Assembly (NCBI GenBank): GCA_000002445.1
Contig: CP000069.1
Coordinates: 1,216,001 to 1,280,000 of the forward strand
DNA: 64,000 nucleotides
Direction: 5' to 3'
Origin: Trypanosoma brucei
Taxonomy: Eukaryota
Positions 13,843 through 24,696 of this stretch are shown in pieces (the stretch's first letter is position 1; every line of letters begins with the position of its first letter). The position numbers and the translations under genes are program-made. Below the pieces are notes generated by a model. The model saw nothing but the letters and a program-made list of their open reading frames with translations. It made no database searches and was not told where the DNA came from.

Positions 13843-15363
13843 CTAACCGTCTTCCTCACCATCATCATCATCATCCTCTTCGTCGTCATCCTCCTCATCC
13901 TCCTCCTCTTCATAAAATTCTTCTTCACATTTCTCCACTAGAAGGATTGAGGTATCCCCCGACCTCTTTACAAGCGCTGCTTCACTGAAATCTGACTGCA
14001 CAAATGCCGTGATGATGGTGTCCGCTACCGTCCACATGTTAGCAACCTTTATACCCAATTGGGCAGCGAGTGGGGAAGGATCGTTCGTAAATGTCGCAAG
14101 CACTTCGTGACGAAGTGGGTCAAACACCCCGGCACCCTTACGACACCGTGAAATGAAACCAATCTTCATGTGTGCACCCGAGAGGTGACAAAGGGCGATC
14201 CAGCGGGCCATCTTCTGCGCATTCCTCCGATACTCTTCCGATATACATGTGGCGGTCTGCGAAGCCAACATCTTGCGCCAATCGTTCTCCTCACCTTTGA
14301 TGCAGTGCTCCAATAGCCCAAAGAGTCGAATGTGTTTATCACCTTGCATCGCGTCCACCTCGCAACGGACAATCAAATCGTACCTGTCCTTGGTGTCAGC
14401 GTGCATAACGAACCGGCGGTAGCGGTACAAGCGAGGATGCTTCCCCGGAAAGGGGCTTTTTTCACAGTCCATCTGGTACCGAGCGGCCGTACAGGACTGC
14501 GCAACAAAGAAATTGTTTACCTTGGATGATTCCGCCTCGAGACTGCTAGTGCGGTCGGTCTCCACCACCTCGGTCTCCGAAGGGACACGCGACACGTCAG
14601 CAGTTTCGTCCACCCATTGCTTCTCGACGTTGCAACCATCAACTTTCGATATAAAGTAAAAACGGCCGACGCGATAGAAGTGAAGATGCCAGGAGTACAC
14701 GCTTCGGCTGCACGTCATGAGGAGTGCAAGCACTTCGTCAGTTGCCACGACGATTGGGTAAGTGCCCGGTGGTTCACTCTTGAGAATACCACGCAGTACA
14801 TTGTCGGTAAACGAATCCGAACGTGTAAAATCCACCTTTGTTTCTTTTTCGTTAAGTGGGATCGGGGCTTTACAGGATGCCTTATCCATCTCATTCTTAT
14901 ACACTGGTGGTCGGTTGTGCTGTGATATGTCAGATACTGTCGGTAGGCTGGTAAGGTTTGGCATCTTGGCAAGCTCAGCCTGTCGAAACTGCTCAAGGAT
15001 GACAGCGTCAGACGGCACCTTGACGGTATCGGGAGGTAGGGTGATATTTCGCTTGGGTTTGTTCTGAAAGTTGCGGCGGGAATTCTGATGGCGCCTAGGA
15101 GCTGACCAATCCGGAACTTGACGCCGCTCCTTCACGCGCGTGCTCTTTAGTATTTTGTTTCTCTTTTCATCCTCAACGATCGTGAATTCACGTTGCCTCC
15201 CACCTTCAACGGGTTCTAACACCCTAAGCCAGTCAAACGGCTCAACGGCTTCTCTCTTATGGTATAATGAGCCCACTGTGGTTTCAATTTTCCCCCCTTG
15301 AACCTCTGGGGGTCCCCAGGAGGACTGCTCATTGATGTGAATCTGGGGTAACACAAAGGCCAT
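13843..15363 (-). CDS. EIF3D: eukaryotic translation initiation factor 3 subunit D (eIF3d), with poly-acidic C-terminal tail
   Basis: MAFVLPQIHINEQSSWGPP aligns with the human eIF3d N-terminus MAKFMTPVIQDNPSGWGP. ATDEVLALLMTCSRSVYSWHLHFYRVGRFYF aligns with [32 protein letters not shown], and YRYRRF...DLIVRCEVDA with YRYRRW...DLIVRCEHDG. The EEEEDEEDDDEEDDDDDGEEDG tail matches the acidic eIF3d C-terminus. Start re-set to ATG 15361-15363. Confidence 0.85.
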   Translation of the reverse strand: MAFVLPQIHINEQSSWGPPEVQGGKIETTVGSLYHKREAVEPFDWLRVLEPVEGGRQREFTIVEDEKRNKILKSTRVKERRQVPDWSAPRRHQNSRRNFQNKPKRNITLPPDTVKVPSDAVILEQFRQAELAKMPNLTSLPTVSDISQHNRPPVYKNEMDKASCKAPIPLNEKETKVDFTRSDSFTDNVLRGILKSEPPGTYPIVVATDEVLALLMTCSRSVYSWHLHFYRVGRFYFISKVDGCNVEKQWVDETADVSRVPSETEVVETDRTSSLEAESSKVNNFFVAQSCTAARYQMDCEKSPFPGKHPRLYRYRRFVMHADTKDRYDLIVRCEVDAMQGDKHIRLFGLLEHCIKGEENDWRKMLASQTATCISEEYRRNAQKMARWIALCHLSGAHMKIGFISRCRKGAGVFDPLRHEVLATFTNDPSPLAAQLGIKVANMWTVADTIITAFVQSDFSEAALVKRSGDTSILLVEKCEEEFYEEEEDEEDDDEEDDDDDGEEDG

Positions 15364-16007
15364 CAAAAACGAAACCACTAAGTTTGAAACTGAAATGTGG
15401 TCCACGGGAAAAAGAAAAAAGGAAGAAAGAGGATCTGTATTTATAACAAACATAAGTGAATGGAAAAGACAGACAAAACAAAATAGTAATGACAACCACA
15501 CACACGTACATGCACACGTCCACATTCCTGCCTACAACACCCGCGCGAGTAGAGAATGGAAGCAACGAACGAGCAGTCTCTCCGTGCAACCTTCGCACCC
15601 AACAGCAGTGAAAAGATGGAAACAAAAAACATAACATCAGGTGTCAAAGAAACGCCTAAATGCTAAACAGCAATGTCCGCTGTACAATTTGGAAGAAAGA
15701 AACAAATAACATCAACATGATCAAATACGGAAGTACAAAAAAGGATAAGCTGGGACTCATTTTCCTGAGGGTGAGGTATAGGCTTGAAGTTGAAATAGAA
15801 TTTGCAAAAGGTGCCCAACTAATGTGCACGTGCACCATCATCTATGTAAAAATGCAATATCAGAGGCAACATTACCTACTGTGGGCACAACTTGTCTACA
15901 GCTGCGCCAGTACTCCCGCAGTTCCCCAATAACTCGCATGTTCCATCAAACTGTATTTTTAAACCCATCTTGACTAGCGAATCCGCGCCGCCACGGACCC
16001 ATTTGGG

Positions 16008-17285
16008 TCAATCAACCTTCCCCTTTTCGGCAGCCCGCTGGCTACGTCGCTTCCTCTTTAAATAATCTACAACAACCTGCGGACTCGGCTCTGCGTCAGT
16101 TTCGTTCCGAATTTCAGATTTCGCTGCATTAATGTCTTCGTCGCTAAAGTCATTTCCTGTTAGAGATTGAACCGCTAGTAAAAACCCATCGGCATCCCTG
16201 CCGTTGCCGTCAGTAAAAGTGGCGGCGCCGTATGCATCTTCAATTGTTTGGAAAAACACGGCGGACTTGTCCGCATACGTCTCGTCGGAAAGAAGCAGGA
16301 GGAGGCGGCCGTTAAGCTTCACGACAGTTGAAAAATGGTTATTCCAAAAGAGAACTACCACCTCGCCCTCACACAAATCCTGTCGGAGCATTTCCAAACC
16401 AGCCTCCGTCAACTGAGACTGGGTGCTGCGAAGGAATTCCCCAGCAAGATCCGAGAGGGGGGAGTCACTCTTCGTCGCAATGACGCTTACCTCATTGAAA
16501 GACATTTCCCGCAGCGCAGCGAACGGGCTTTCCGCTGGGATGAACCAGCCGTGAACTACGCGCAACCCAGAAAGCGCAAACAGCATCACATCACTTTCGG
16601 CCTCAAAGCAGTCCACACCACAAAAACTTGGGCTTATGTTCATACCGTAATATAACCGACGCATTGTCTTCTCTCCTTCATTTTCTTGGGCCAAATAAGA
16701 CCTTACCTCCTCCAAACGCTCTTTCACCATCCCTGCTAGTGTGCTAACCTCCACACCATCTACCACCCGCGTCGGTGCGGATGTGAAGCGCGGGGCAACG
16801 GGCTTGTCGTTCGCTGTGGCGTGGTTAAGCAACATGTGACGCACGTGAACGCCTTCAACGCGGCGGCAGTCACCATCGCATAGTTGAATCCGCCCTGCAA
16901 GCGCCAAAGCATTGGCGACAGCCAACAAGGGGCAAGGACCGTTGTAGTCCTGTGTAACGATACTAACATGTCGACCGCAAAAAATACCGTGCTTGACACG
17001 GTGCGAATCAACTGGCGTGACCTCTATTGGCGCATCTGGAATTGTCTGCAAACGACCGGCCGCAAACTCCTCCCGCGTGAAACCGGTTGCGATAAGAGAC
17101 TGATGCATTTCATCGAGAAGTACATAAAGCTTCTCGTCTGAGACGCCCAGAGTGGCGCCTTCACCCCGTGGGGTGCGCAACCGCTGCTGGTAGACGCACC
17201 CAAATGGAGACGTCGCCTCGGCAGTTATGTCCAAACTTCGCATCACACCGTCGTCACACATGAATTCACACTCCATCTTGCACAC
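16008..17285 (-). CDS. MINDY-family (FAM63/DUF544) Lys48-specific deubiquitinase-like protein
   Basis: YNGPCPLLAVANALAL matches the MINDY catalytic-Cys motif NGPCPLLAI.N.L.L. The C-terminal NHFSTVVKLNGRLLLLLSDETY matches the MINDY pattern NHF.VL.K.G.LY.L.TD.GY. Confidence 0.7.
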   Translation of the reverse strand: MCKMECEFMCDDGVMRSLDITAEATSPFGCVYQQRLRTPRGEGATLGVSDEKLYVLLDEMHQSLIATGFTREEFAAGRLQTIPDAPIEVTPVDSHRVKHGIFCGRHVSIVTQDYNGPCPLLAVANALALAGRIQLCDGDCRRVEGVHVRHMLLNHATANDKPVAPRFTSAPTRVVDGVEVSTLAGMVKERLEEVRSYLAQENEGEKTMRRLYYGMNISPSFCGVDCFEAESDVMLFALSGLRVVHGWFIPAESPFAALREMSFNEVSVIATKSDSPLSDLAGEFLRSTQSQLTEAGLEMLRQDLCEGEVVVLFWNNHFSTVVKLNGRLLLLLSDETYADKSAVFFQTIEDAYGAATFTDGNGRDADGFLLAVQSLTGNDFSDEDINAAKSEIRNETDAEPSPQVVVDYLKRKRRSQRAAEKGKVD

Positions 17286-18637
17286 CTGGATCCCACTAAT
17301 ATCGGCTGCTCAACACTACCCCCAAACACTTGCGTGCTTCCCGTTTGTTGTTCACCCACGTGAAGTTTTTATAGAACGTGGGTTCACCAAAAGTACCTCT
17401 CAACCGCTACTCTCTACTGTCCTTCACCCTTTGCAATCGGTGGAAGCCGTGGGACGCCCTTCCTCACCCCACCCCCACCGCGCCGCTCCTCCTTCTTGAA
17501 AAGCCTATGCGTCTGTTTTAGGAGTTTGTGAGTCCTCCTCCTCTTTCTATTGAATGGGCACAGTGCCTAATGAGAATTTCACACCAGAATTGACTGTCAA
17601 CGAGGTAGAATGCTATTCTAACAAGTGATTTCTTCACCCTTCCTTCAACAACGAATACAGAGGAAAACTAAGCGGGCTGAACGAGCACCAGGCATTGTAC
17701 TTGGATTATGGGAACGGTGTTCAATAGCACAGGGAGGGAACAAGAAAAAGTTACTTGTTTGTGTATGTCGATGATGAACACACTTATATGAGAGCCAGAA
17801 CAGAGGAAGGGTGTAAAAAGAAAAAGAGAAGGAAGCAGAAATATGCATATTCTCATGAACTCAGCTGCTGTTATTGTTTGTCCTCTCCCTTTCCTCCTTA
17901 TTTACTTTATTCAGTTTTTTTTTCACCCTGTTTTGAGTCGGCGACCGCCCTTCAGCTACCCGTAGCAAAGCACTCCTCACACACACTCATTGGTATACCA
18001 GTGGCAGAAACAGCGACACCTGACCCAAGTTCGAAAAGGAAGAAGAAGAAGAGAACTCAAGCAAGAAAAATCACACGCGCTTTTCTGTTTCACCCACCCC
18101 CGACGCGGTGAAAGCAACCACAGACAAGGAGGGTGGGCATGTATATATATATATAGTGAGCGAATGAGAATAATACATCATAAGGGAAGAAAAAAAGGGG
18201 GAAGGAAAGGAAATCAATGATGAAGGCGCACAGACGATAACCACATTACATGGAAACGTAATTCAATTCAGTGCAACCGCTTTAAGAAAGGAAAGCAACT
18301 ACCTCATGCACAGAATACACATACATATGTACATGTATATATGTATATATATATAAGGGGGAAAGGGGGCGAACACATTTACCACGAAGTTTTTTTTTTT
18401 AAAGCAAAGAAAAATAAAAAGGTAGGATAACAAAGGGGGAAATATTGTTCTTTCCACATTAAACTATACCCCCCTTCTACCATCTGTGCATAAGCAACAG
18501 TACACATGGTGTACAAAAAGAAATACTAAACCAGGTATATGGAATCGTCAGCACGCAGACATTGTATAAAAATCAGCAGTAAACAAAAAAGGAGAATAGC
18601 GGGGTGAGATTAAAACATGAGTCATAAAAAACTTGCA

Positions 18638-21600
18638 TCAGTTGGAGCGCAGGCGGCGGAGGAAACGCTTTAACACACCCGGGCTACCTGCTTCTTTTTC
18701 CATGGCCATCTTAATCTTGCAATCCAACAATTCTTGTGTTGCACGTCGTAGCGTTTCCTCAAGAATTTGCTCCCTCTGGGATTTTTCCGTTGCCAATCGC
18801 GACAAGTGGGCTGCCGTAACCAATTGTTTCTTTTCCACCAGTTCACAGCGCTCTTGAACAGTTCGAATGACGCTGGATTGCCTCTCGCGCTCCTCATTAA
18901 GTGATTTCAGCATATTCTGCATGCGATGCTTTTCTTCCTCCTCCGAACGAAGCCTGGCTAACAGTTCATCTTGGCACATTAGTTGCTCATTCAGTTCCTC
19001 CTCTTCGCGCTCGATCAACTCGTTATACGAGTCTGGAAGCTCACAACACGGTGTGATGCCACAACGCAGCATCTGGTTCTTCAGACGAATGCAGAGCTTC
19101 GCTGCATACTGCGCCTTCGACGCCTTCTCGAGTATGGTCTCCTCCTTCATTTGTAGTTCCGCATCCTTCTTCTCCAACAGGGCCTCCACCTCCGCGCCAT
19201 CCTCTCCATCGCGCTCAGCCAATTGAGCTGCCAACTTGCGTTCGGACTCCCGAACTAAACGCAAAATTGACATATACTCATCCATTGCAATGGCGTCAAC
19301 AGGAGGAGGGGCGTTCTGAGGATCTTCCACCTGGATTTGCGCAGTCACCATCTGCTGCTGCAACTCACAAATGACGCGTCGGTGAAACTCTTCATTCGAC
19401 CTCGCAGCATTGAGCAAGTGCTCCTGCCGTTCAATTGTTTCCAATAACACATCGATTTCCTCCTCTTTTACACGGAGCAGCACATCCATATCGGTATCCT
19501 CCGGTGGCTCCCTTGCATCTGTTTCCGATGACGTCACTGGTGCAGAGCCGGGGAAACCAAGTTTGATTGGGGGTACGTACGGCCCCGGAACCTCAACACC
19601 ATGCGAAGCAAGTTGCGTCTCAACAGCCTCAACGCGGTCCTGAAGCGACTTCCTCTCACGCATGCTGAATTCCAGTTGCTCCGTAAGCTGCTTCACGGTC
19701 CTTTGCAAGTTTTCATTTTGAGTGTTGTTTGGGGATGGCGTGCCATCCTTTTGAGGTGGTTTACGCTGCGTCGAACACAGGTTGCGCGCGGCGTCAAACG
19801 GGGAAGGACCTCGTGCAGTTGCGCACGGCGGACATCGAAGCCGGGCTGTGAGTGGAATAGCGGTTGCGGTTAATTCAAACTTCAACTGCTCCACCTCCCG
19901 CGCCAGCTCCCGGTTGTGCGCCTTCGCTTCATCAAGGTCGGCCTGCATGGTGACACGAAGAGTTTCCATCTCAGAAACATCCACCATCTGAGTGCGCTTC
20001 TCAGAAAGGAATTCCGTCAAATCATCAGTGTCATTCAATGAAATGCCACTGTTTTCCAATGCGGCGCGATATTGTGTGTTTTCGTCGCGGAGTCGGTTTA
20101 TCTCCTCCAACCGCTCAGAGCAGAGCTGCGAAAGACGATCCACTTCCGCAAGCAATTCCACACCCTTAGCACGATGGCGTTGCACATCCGCCTCCAGCCG
20201 GTTCCGCATCTCCTCCACCTGGCCAACGTCCAGAAAGGTTTCGGGAAACGTCGCCTCCTCTATAGGCACTCCACCGAGCTCCTTCACTTGCTCCCTGAGC
20301 ACCTCAATATGTTCGTGGAGTCTCACCGTGTCGTTCGCTCGGCTGGCCAATATGGCGTCCTTTTCGGACAGTTGCTTCAAAACTCTGACGAGATCATCAT
20401 TTGTTCCCTCACGCGCGTTGTCGAGCTTCTTTTGGAACTCCGCAATGATAAGATCTTGCGCCAATTTCATCTCTGCCCGTCGCTTCGCTTCCTGATGCTC
20501 CTGCTCGCGAATAAGGTGGACGATCTCCTTTGAATACACTTCCTCCCTGTATTGGAACTCCTCGTCTTGCTGCTCCTGGAGGTTTTCCACCTCAGCCTTG
20601 TATACTTCACGCAGGTTCAGCATCTGCTCTTCCGATGCACCAGTTCTCTTCAGTTCAGCCATCTCAATCTCAAAACGTCTGTCAATGTCTTCCCGGCGAT
20701 CGTTGTAACGCTCCATTAACTCGTGTCTTTCTGCGTCACGAGAAGCGATCTGCACTTCGAGTAAATTGATTCTCTCGTCCCTTTCATCCAAGAGTGATTG
20801 CAGCTTCTGGGCCAGCTTCTGGTAATCCACATGAACCGACTGTTTGGCCGTCACCTTCACATCCATTGCTCGCAAACCAAACTGCAGTGAATTTGTGGTT
20901 TCGTGGAGGTGATCACTACTTGGCCCAACAGTCAAAATAATAGAGGTACGGCTCCTTCCGCCAATAGAGTCCTGCAGGATCCGCGTCAGCTTCGAATCAC
21001 GCCAAGGAATGTGCCGGCTACCTGACGACAAACACGACACAACGTGACCAAGTGAAAGAAGAGAGGCGTTGATGCACTTCGCCTCATCCTTCATAATGGG
21101 GTTGTCATGTGTAATACCAGTTTTACTAAAACGCTCGTATCCTGCTAAGTCGATGAATGTAATCTTTCCCTTCAGTTTACCTGCCTCTGGGTCGCTGGGG
21201 CTCTCTGATACGATGCGGAGAACTAAAGCTGTATGGCCGCGGCTGGACTCCGGATTCATAGCAGTCGCAGTTACAACCCGACGGTCATTGCCGATGCGGT
21301 AAAAGCGCATAAACTCTTGGGCACTCAGAAGAACATGGGAGCTGCAACCGGTAAGTTCTACGCCCCCTTGTTCGTCGAAGTGAATATCCACTCGGTCCCT
21401 TCCAGTTGCACTCATCAAGTCACCAAGGTTGTCACGGTAAATCTGAACAAACTGTCCTGTCACTTCATAACTCCGCGCATTGTCTGATTGAATTTTGTCG
21501 AAAATAAGTTTGGCGGACCGTGGAATGATGCCTTCTTGGCCAGGAGTGGTATTACACATAGTGAAAGACTTACCTGTACCCGTCTGTCCGTAGCACATCA

Positions 21601-21973
21601 ACGCTGAGCAAAAACCTTTAAATGCGTGTGTTATGCAAGGGACGGCCACCGCTTCAAATATATCACTTTGTGTACATTCGTCGCCAAAAGCACCATCAAA
21701 CTTGTAAAAGCGTTGATCCTTCACAACAATATCATTCCCGCTTACTGTCACTAGTTGGAACCCACCGTTCTTAAAATCAGTCTTGTTCCGTGGCCTCAAC
21801 CTGCAATAAACAAGACACCGTGCTATATTCTTTGGCACACCGGTATCCCCAGCAGCTGTCCCGCCAGTAGACTCACCTCTGCTCCGCCGTCCTTCATCTG
21901 GTTTTACAACCGACTCGGGAACGGCCACTGAATCGCCGGCCGCCGTTCCCTCTTTCACATCGGCATCCGACAT
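18638..21973 (-). CDS. kinesin (N-terminal motor domain followed by ~700 aa of coiled coil)
   Basis: P-loop GQTGTGKSFTM, switch I NARSYEVTGQ...SSRGH, switch II ITFIDLAGYER, and neck/coiled-coil heptads through to the C-terminus. Confidence 0.9.
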   Translation of the reverse strand: MSDADVKEGTAAGDSVAVPESVVKPDEGRRSRGESTGGTAAGDTGVPKNIARCLVYCRLRPRNKTDFKNGGFQLVTVSGNDIVVKDQRFYKFDGAFGDECTQSDIFEAVAVPCITHAFKGFCSALMCYGQTGTGKSFTMCNTTPGQEGIIPRSAKLIFDKIQSDNARSYEVTGQFVQIYRDNLGDLMSATGRDRVDIHFDEQGGVELTGCSSHVLLSAQEFMRFYRIGNDRRVVTATAMNPESSRGHTALVLRIVSESPSDPEAGKLKGKITFIDLAGYERFSKTGITHDNPIMKDEAKCINASLLSLGHVVSCLSSGSRHIPWRDSKLTRILQDSIGGRSRTSIILTVGPSSDHLHETTNSLQFGLRAMDVKVTAKQSVHVDYQKLAQKLQSLLDERDERINLLEVQIASRDAERHELMERYNDRREDIDRRFEIEMAELKRTGASEEQMLNLREVYKAEVENLQEQQDEEFQYREEVYSKEIVHLIREQEHQEAKRRAEMKLAQDLIIAEFQKKLDNAREGTNDDLVRVLKQLSEKDAILASRANDTVRLHEHIEVLREQVKELGGVPIEEATFPETFLDVGQVEEMRNRLEADVQRHRAKGVELLAEVDRLSQLCSERLEEINRLRDENTQYRAALENSGISLNDTDDLTEFLSEKRTQMVDVSEMETLRVTMQADLDEAKAHNRELAREVEQLKFELTATAIPLTARLRCPPCATARGPSPFDAARNLCSTQRKPPQKDGTPSPNNTQNENLQRTVKQLTEQLEFSMRERKSLQDRVEAVETQLASHGVEVPGPYVPPIKLGFPGSAPVTSSETDAREPPEDTDMDVLLRVKEEEIDVLLETIERQEHLLNAARSNEEFHRRVICELQQQMVTAQIQVEDPQNAPPPVDAIAMDEYMSILRLVRESERKLAAQLAERDGEDGAEVEALLEKKDAELQMKEETILEKASKAQYAAKLCIRLKNQMLRCGITPCCELPDSYNELIEREEEELNEQLMCQDELLARLRSEEEEKHRMQNMLKSLNEERERQSSVIRTVQERCELVEKKQLVTAAHLSRLATEKSQREQILEETLRRATQELLDCKIKMAMEKEAGSPGVLKRFLRRLRSN

Positions 21974-22418
21974 AGCAGCAGCAAAATTGTATATTCCCTA
22001 CAAGCACAGTAACTACAAAAATAAAGCAAAACTCAAGCTACACCACTACCTTACCGAGCAGCGTATAAACGTTTACGGGCTAACTTCTTATACGTTTCCC
22101 AAACAACTAACAGTTCACCACCAATAAAAAAAAGAAAAGTTACAGTAAACAAACTTTCCTAGGAACAGTTACGTATATACCAATTGTTCTATATATAGGA
22201 GTCTATTTCTTAACACCTCAAGCTTCAAAAAAAAAAAGTACAAAAAGAAAAGGAAGATACCAACAAAAAAAAAAAGCAATCTCAACATAATACTTTGAAA
22301 AAAAAAACACTCCAGAGATTAAATACACAAACTTTACACCTTTGAAGAGTGAACGGGGGAAAAGAAAAGAAAAGAGGGATGGACAACAACCTCGCTACGT
22401 TCAATGAAGTCAAGAAGC

Positions 22419-24230
22419 CTAACCTGTAGAACCGCTTGTTGATACTCCCTTCAAGTCGTCACAGGGAATGTCCCATTTCCTAAACGATGCTATGCACAAC
22501 GAAAGACAACGAGGGTCAACAGGGGACTGTGTTGCGCGAAGCACCGCAACAAGTTGCCGTACACTCCCAATGTCGACAACGAGACAAAGCATCTTGAAAA
22601 GACGAACAGATAATCTGCTTTCGATAGAAACGCTTCTCTGCCTGTGGTACTCAACCAACATCATCGCGGTTGAAACATCCTGAGCATCAACTGCCAACTC
22701 AAGGCCACCACGAAGAAATTCCGCTGTCACTTCAACACCCAAATCTACCATGTCCTCCAGAAATGTTGGTATCTTCTTCACAGCACTTACAGCATTGGGG
22801 GAGGTTGACAGTAGTAAAGTAAACGTGCGTGCTGTCTCTCGCACAGCAACGTTTCGGAAAGTAAATAAGACCAGTGATGCCTTCTGTTCGTCTTTCATTA
22901 ATGCACACGCTTCAAGCACAACATTAAGTGTTTTATGACTCACATTCCCACCCGCAGCTTTGCGCTCCTCCAACAACAACAACGACTCCTCAACCCTGGA
23001 GTCCACTTCCGCAATAAAACGCACAAGCGACATAACTGGATGTGCGTTAAGTAAAGTCAACCGCCTCGTCTCTAAGAAGAGTTTGGGTCTCGAACCTGGG
23101 ATGGAGTCAGATTCCGGAATCTCATCCTCTAATAAATACAACGCCTCCTTCAGTAACCCGGCCCGCACTAACGTCTCCAGGTGAAGGAGCGCCAGTGCAA
23201 ACTTGTGCTGAGGAGGAATAATGCATGGATGAGCGCGAAGATACTTCAATACGTAATCAGCAGAAGCCACATCGCCCCATTTGGCACATTTCGCCATAAG
23301 TTTCAATGCAGTAACATCATTATTCAGCACAGGTCCACCCTTTGCTTCCTGAAGGATCGAAGAACTTTCCTCAAAGGCATTGACACCGATATCGGCGCTG
23401 GCTTCGGCAACCTCCTGCTCGGAAGCGCCTTCCGCTGCTGCAATCAACTGGACAGCAATTGAGGGTGGTGACGCCACATTATTTGTGCTGAGCAACATAT
23501 AGGGAAGAAGCAAGCGGGGAGACATTTTCTCACGGTCCGCAAGCCGCAGTAACTCAAAACATTCCTGAACCATAGTGACGTCGTGGTGGACACGGAGGAG
23601 AGTTTGAAAGCAATGTTGAAGGCGTATTGACAATAAGGGAAACTTTTGCTGCCAGTTCTTCCCCGATGTGATGATGCTCTTAGTATCCTCATGAATGGAA
23701 GGCCACCAGGAGGAATAGTCCTCTCCGAGTCGCGTGTATACGATGAAGAGAGAAATCTTCGTTACTACATCAGGTTCAGCACCTTTCATACGCATTGCCT
23801 CTATGGCGTTTTCAACCTCATACTGATTGAAGGTATCACTAAGGGAAATGGCCAACAGGTATACGTTAAACAGTTCCACAGATGGGGAAGAAAGTTCCAA
23901 CATGCACTGAGCAAATAAAAAGCGCAGTTCCTCAAGCTTATGAAGATCGCAAAGTATCTTCATCATGACAACCGCAAAAGGTTCTGTATCATCAAAAGAA
24001 CCACAAAAACTCTGGAGCGGCTTCATATCCACCGTTGCTATGGAAGTGCCGGAGGTAACTTGTCGGTAATATGTACGAAACTCTTCAAAAACATGCCATG
24101 CGGCTGGTGGGCCCTCTCCATCCGACTGCAGCATCCTCAGAACTCGAATGTACGGATTGTCACCTGTGGAAAAAGTCAAAGAAGCACAGCTGGAAGCAGT
24201 CTTCCTAAGCACATTGAGGCGCCGAATCAT
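22419..24230 (-). CDS. helical-repeat protein, PPR/TPR-like (603 aa), copy A
   Basis: Long ORF on the unit strand with a repeated ~35-residue amphipathic helical-pair pattern rich in L/A/E, which suggests a PPR-like organellar RNA-binding protein. The protein is identical to the copy at 32296..34107. Confidence 0.6.
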   Translation of the reverse strand: MIRRLNVLRKTASSCASLTFSTGDNPYIRVLRMLQSDGEGPPAAWHVFEEFRTYYRQVTSGTSIATVDMKPLQSFCGSFDDTEPFAVVMMKILCDLHKLEELRFLFAQCMLELSSPSVELFNVYLLAISLSDTFNQYEVENAIEAMRMKGAEPDVVTKISLFIVYTRLGEDYSSWWPSIHEDTKSIITSGKNWQQKFPLLSIRLQHCFQTLLRVHHDVTMVQECFELLRLADREKMSPRLLLPYMLLSTNNVASPPSIAVQLIAAAEGASEQEVAEASADIGVNAFEESSSILQEAKGGPVLNNDVTALKLMAKCAKWGDVASADYVLKYLRAHPCIIPPQHKFALALLHLETLVRAGLLKEALYLLEDEIPESDSIPGSRPKLFLETRRLTLLNAHPVMSLVRFIAEVDSRVEESLLLLEERKAAGGNVSHKTLNVVLEACALMKDEQKASLVLFTFRNVAVRETARTFTLLLSTSPNAVSAVKKIPTFLEDMVDLGVEVTAEFLRGGLELAVDAQDVSTAMMLVEYHRQRSVSIESRLSVRLFKMLCLVVDIGSVRQLVAVLRATQSPVDPRCLSLCIASFRKWDIPCDDLKGVSTSGSTG

Positions 24231-24696
24231 TGGTATCAGCTCCCCTGCACTCTCACATCCTTACGTGCCGTGGGATATAACATTATTATTATGGGACCAA
24301 AAGAAGGCAGTTAACCGTCAACCATCGGAAAATACAAAAAGTATAGATGAAAAGGTGTGTTAAAACGAGAAAGATGAAATGGGATAGGGTCTCTAAATAA
24401 AATAAGAGAAGTAAGATGAAGAAGATAACCAGAAACAGAACCACTCCAACGCCAAACACGGATGCAACAACGCTAAACACAAGAGAAAGGAAGGGGAATC
24501 GTGTCGCCACTTTAACAACCTTCCAACGTGCGGGATATAATAAACTTAATTATCATGATATTAATTTGTTAACTTAAACCGACTGATAGCAGCTAGATGG
24601 CGAATGAAAAAGACATTAGCAGGGGGAAAATCTGCCTGCGCATATAAAGACTACTTCGAAGACAAGAAACCAACCAAAAGCACAGGGCTGCTCCGT

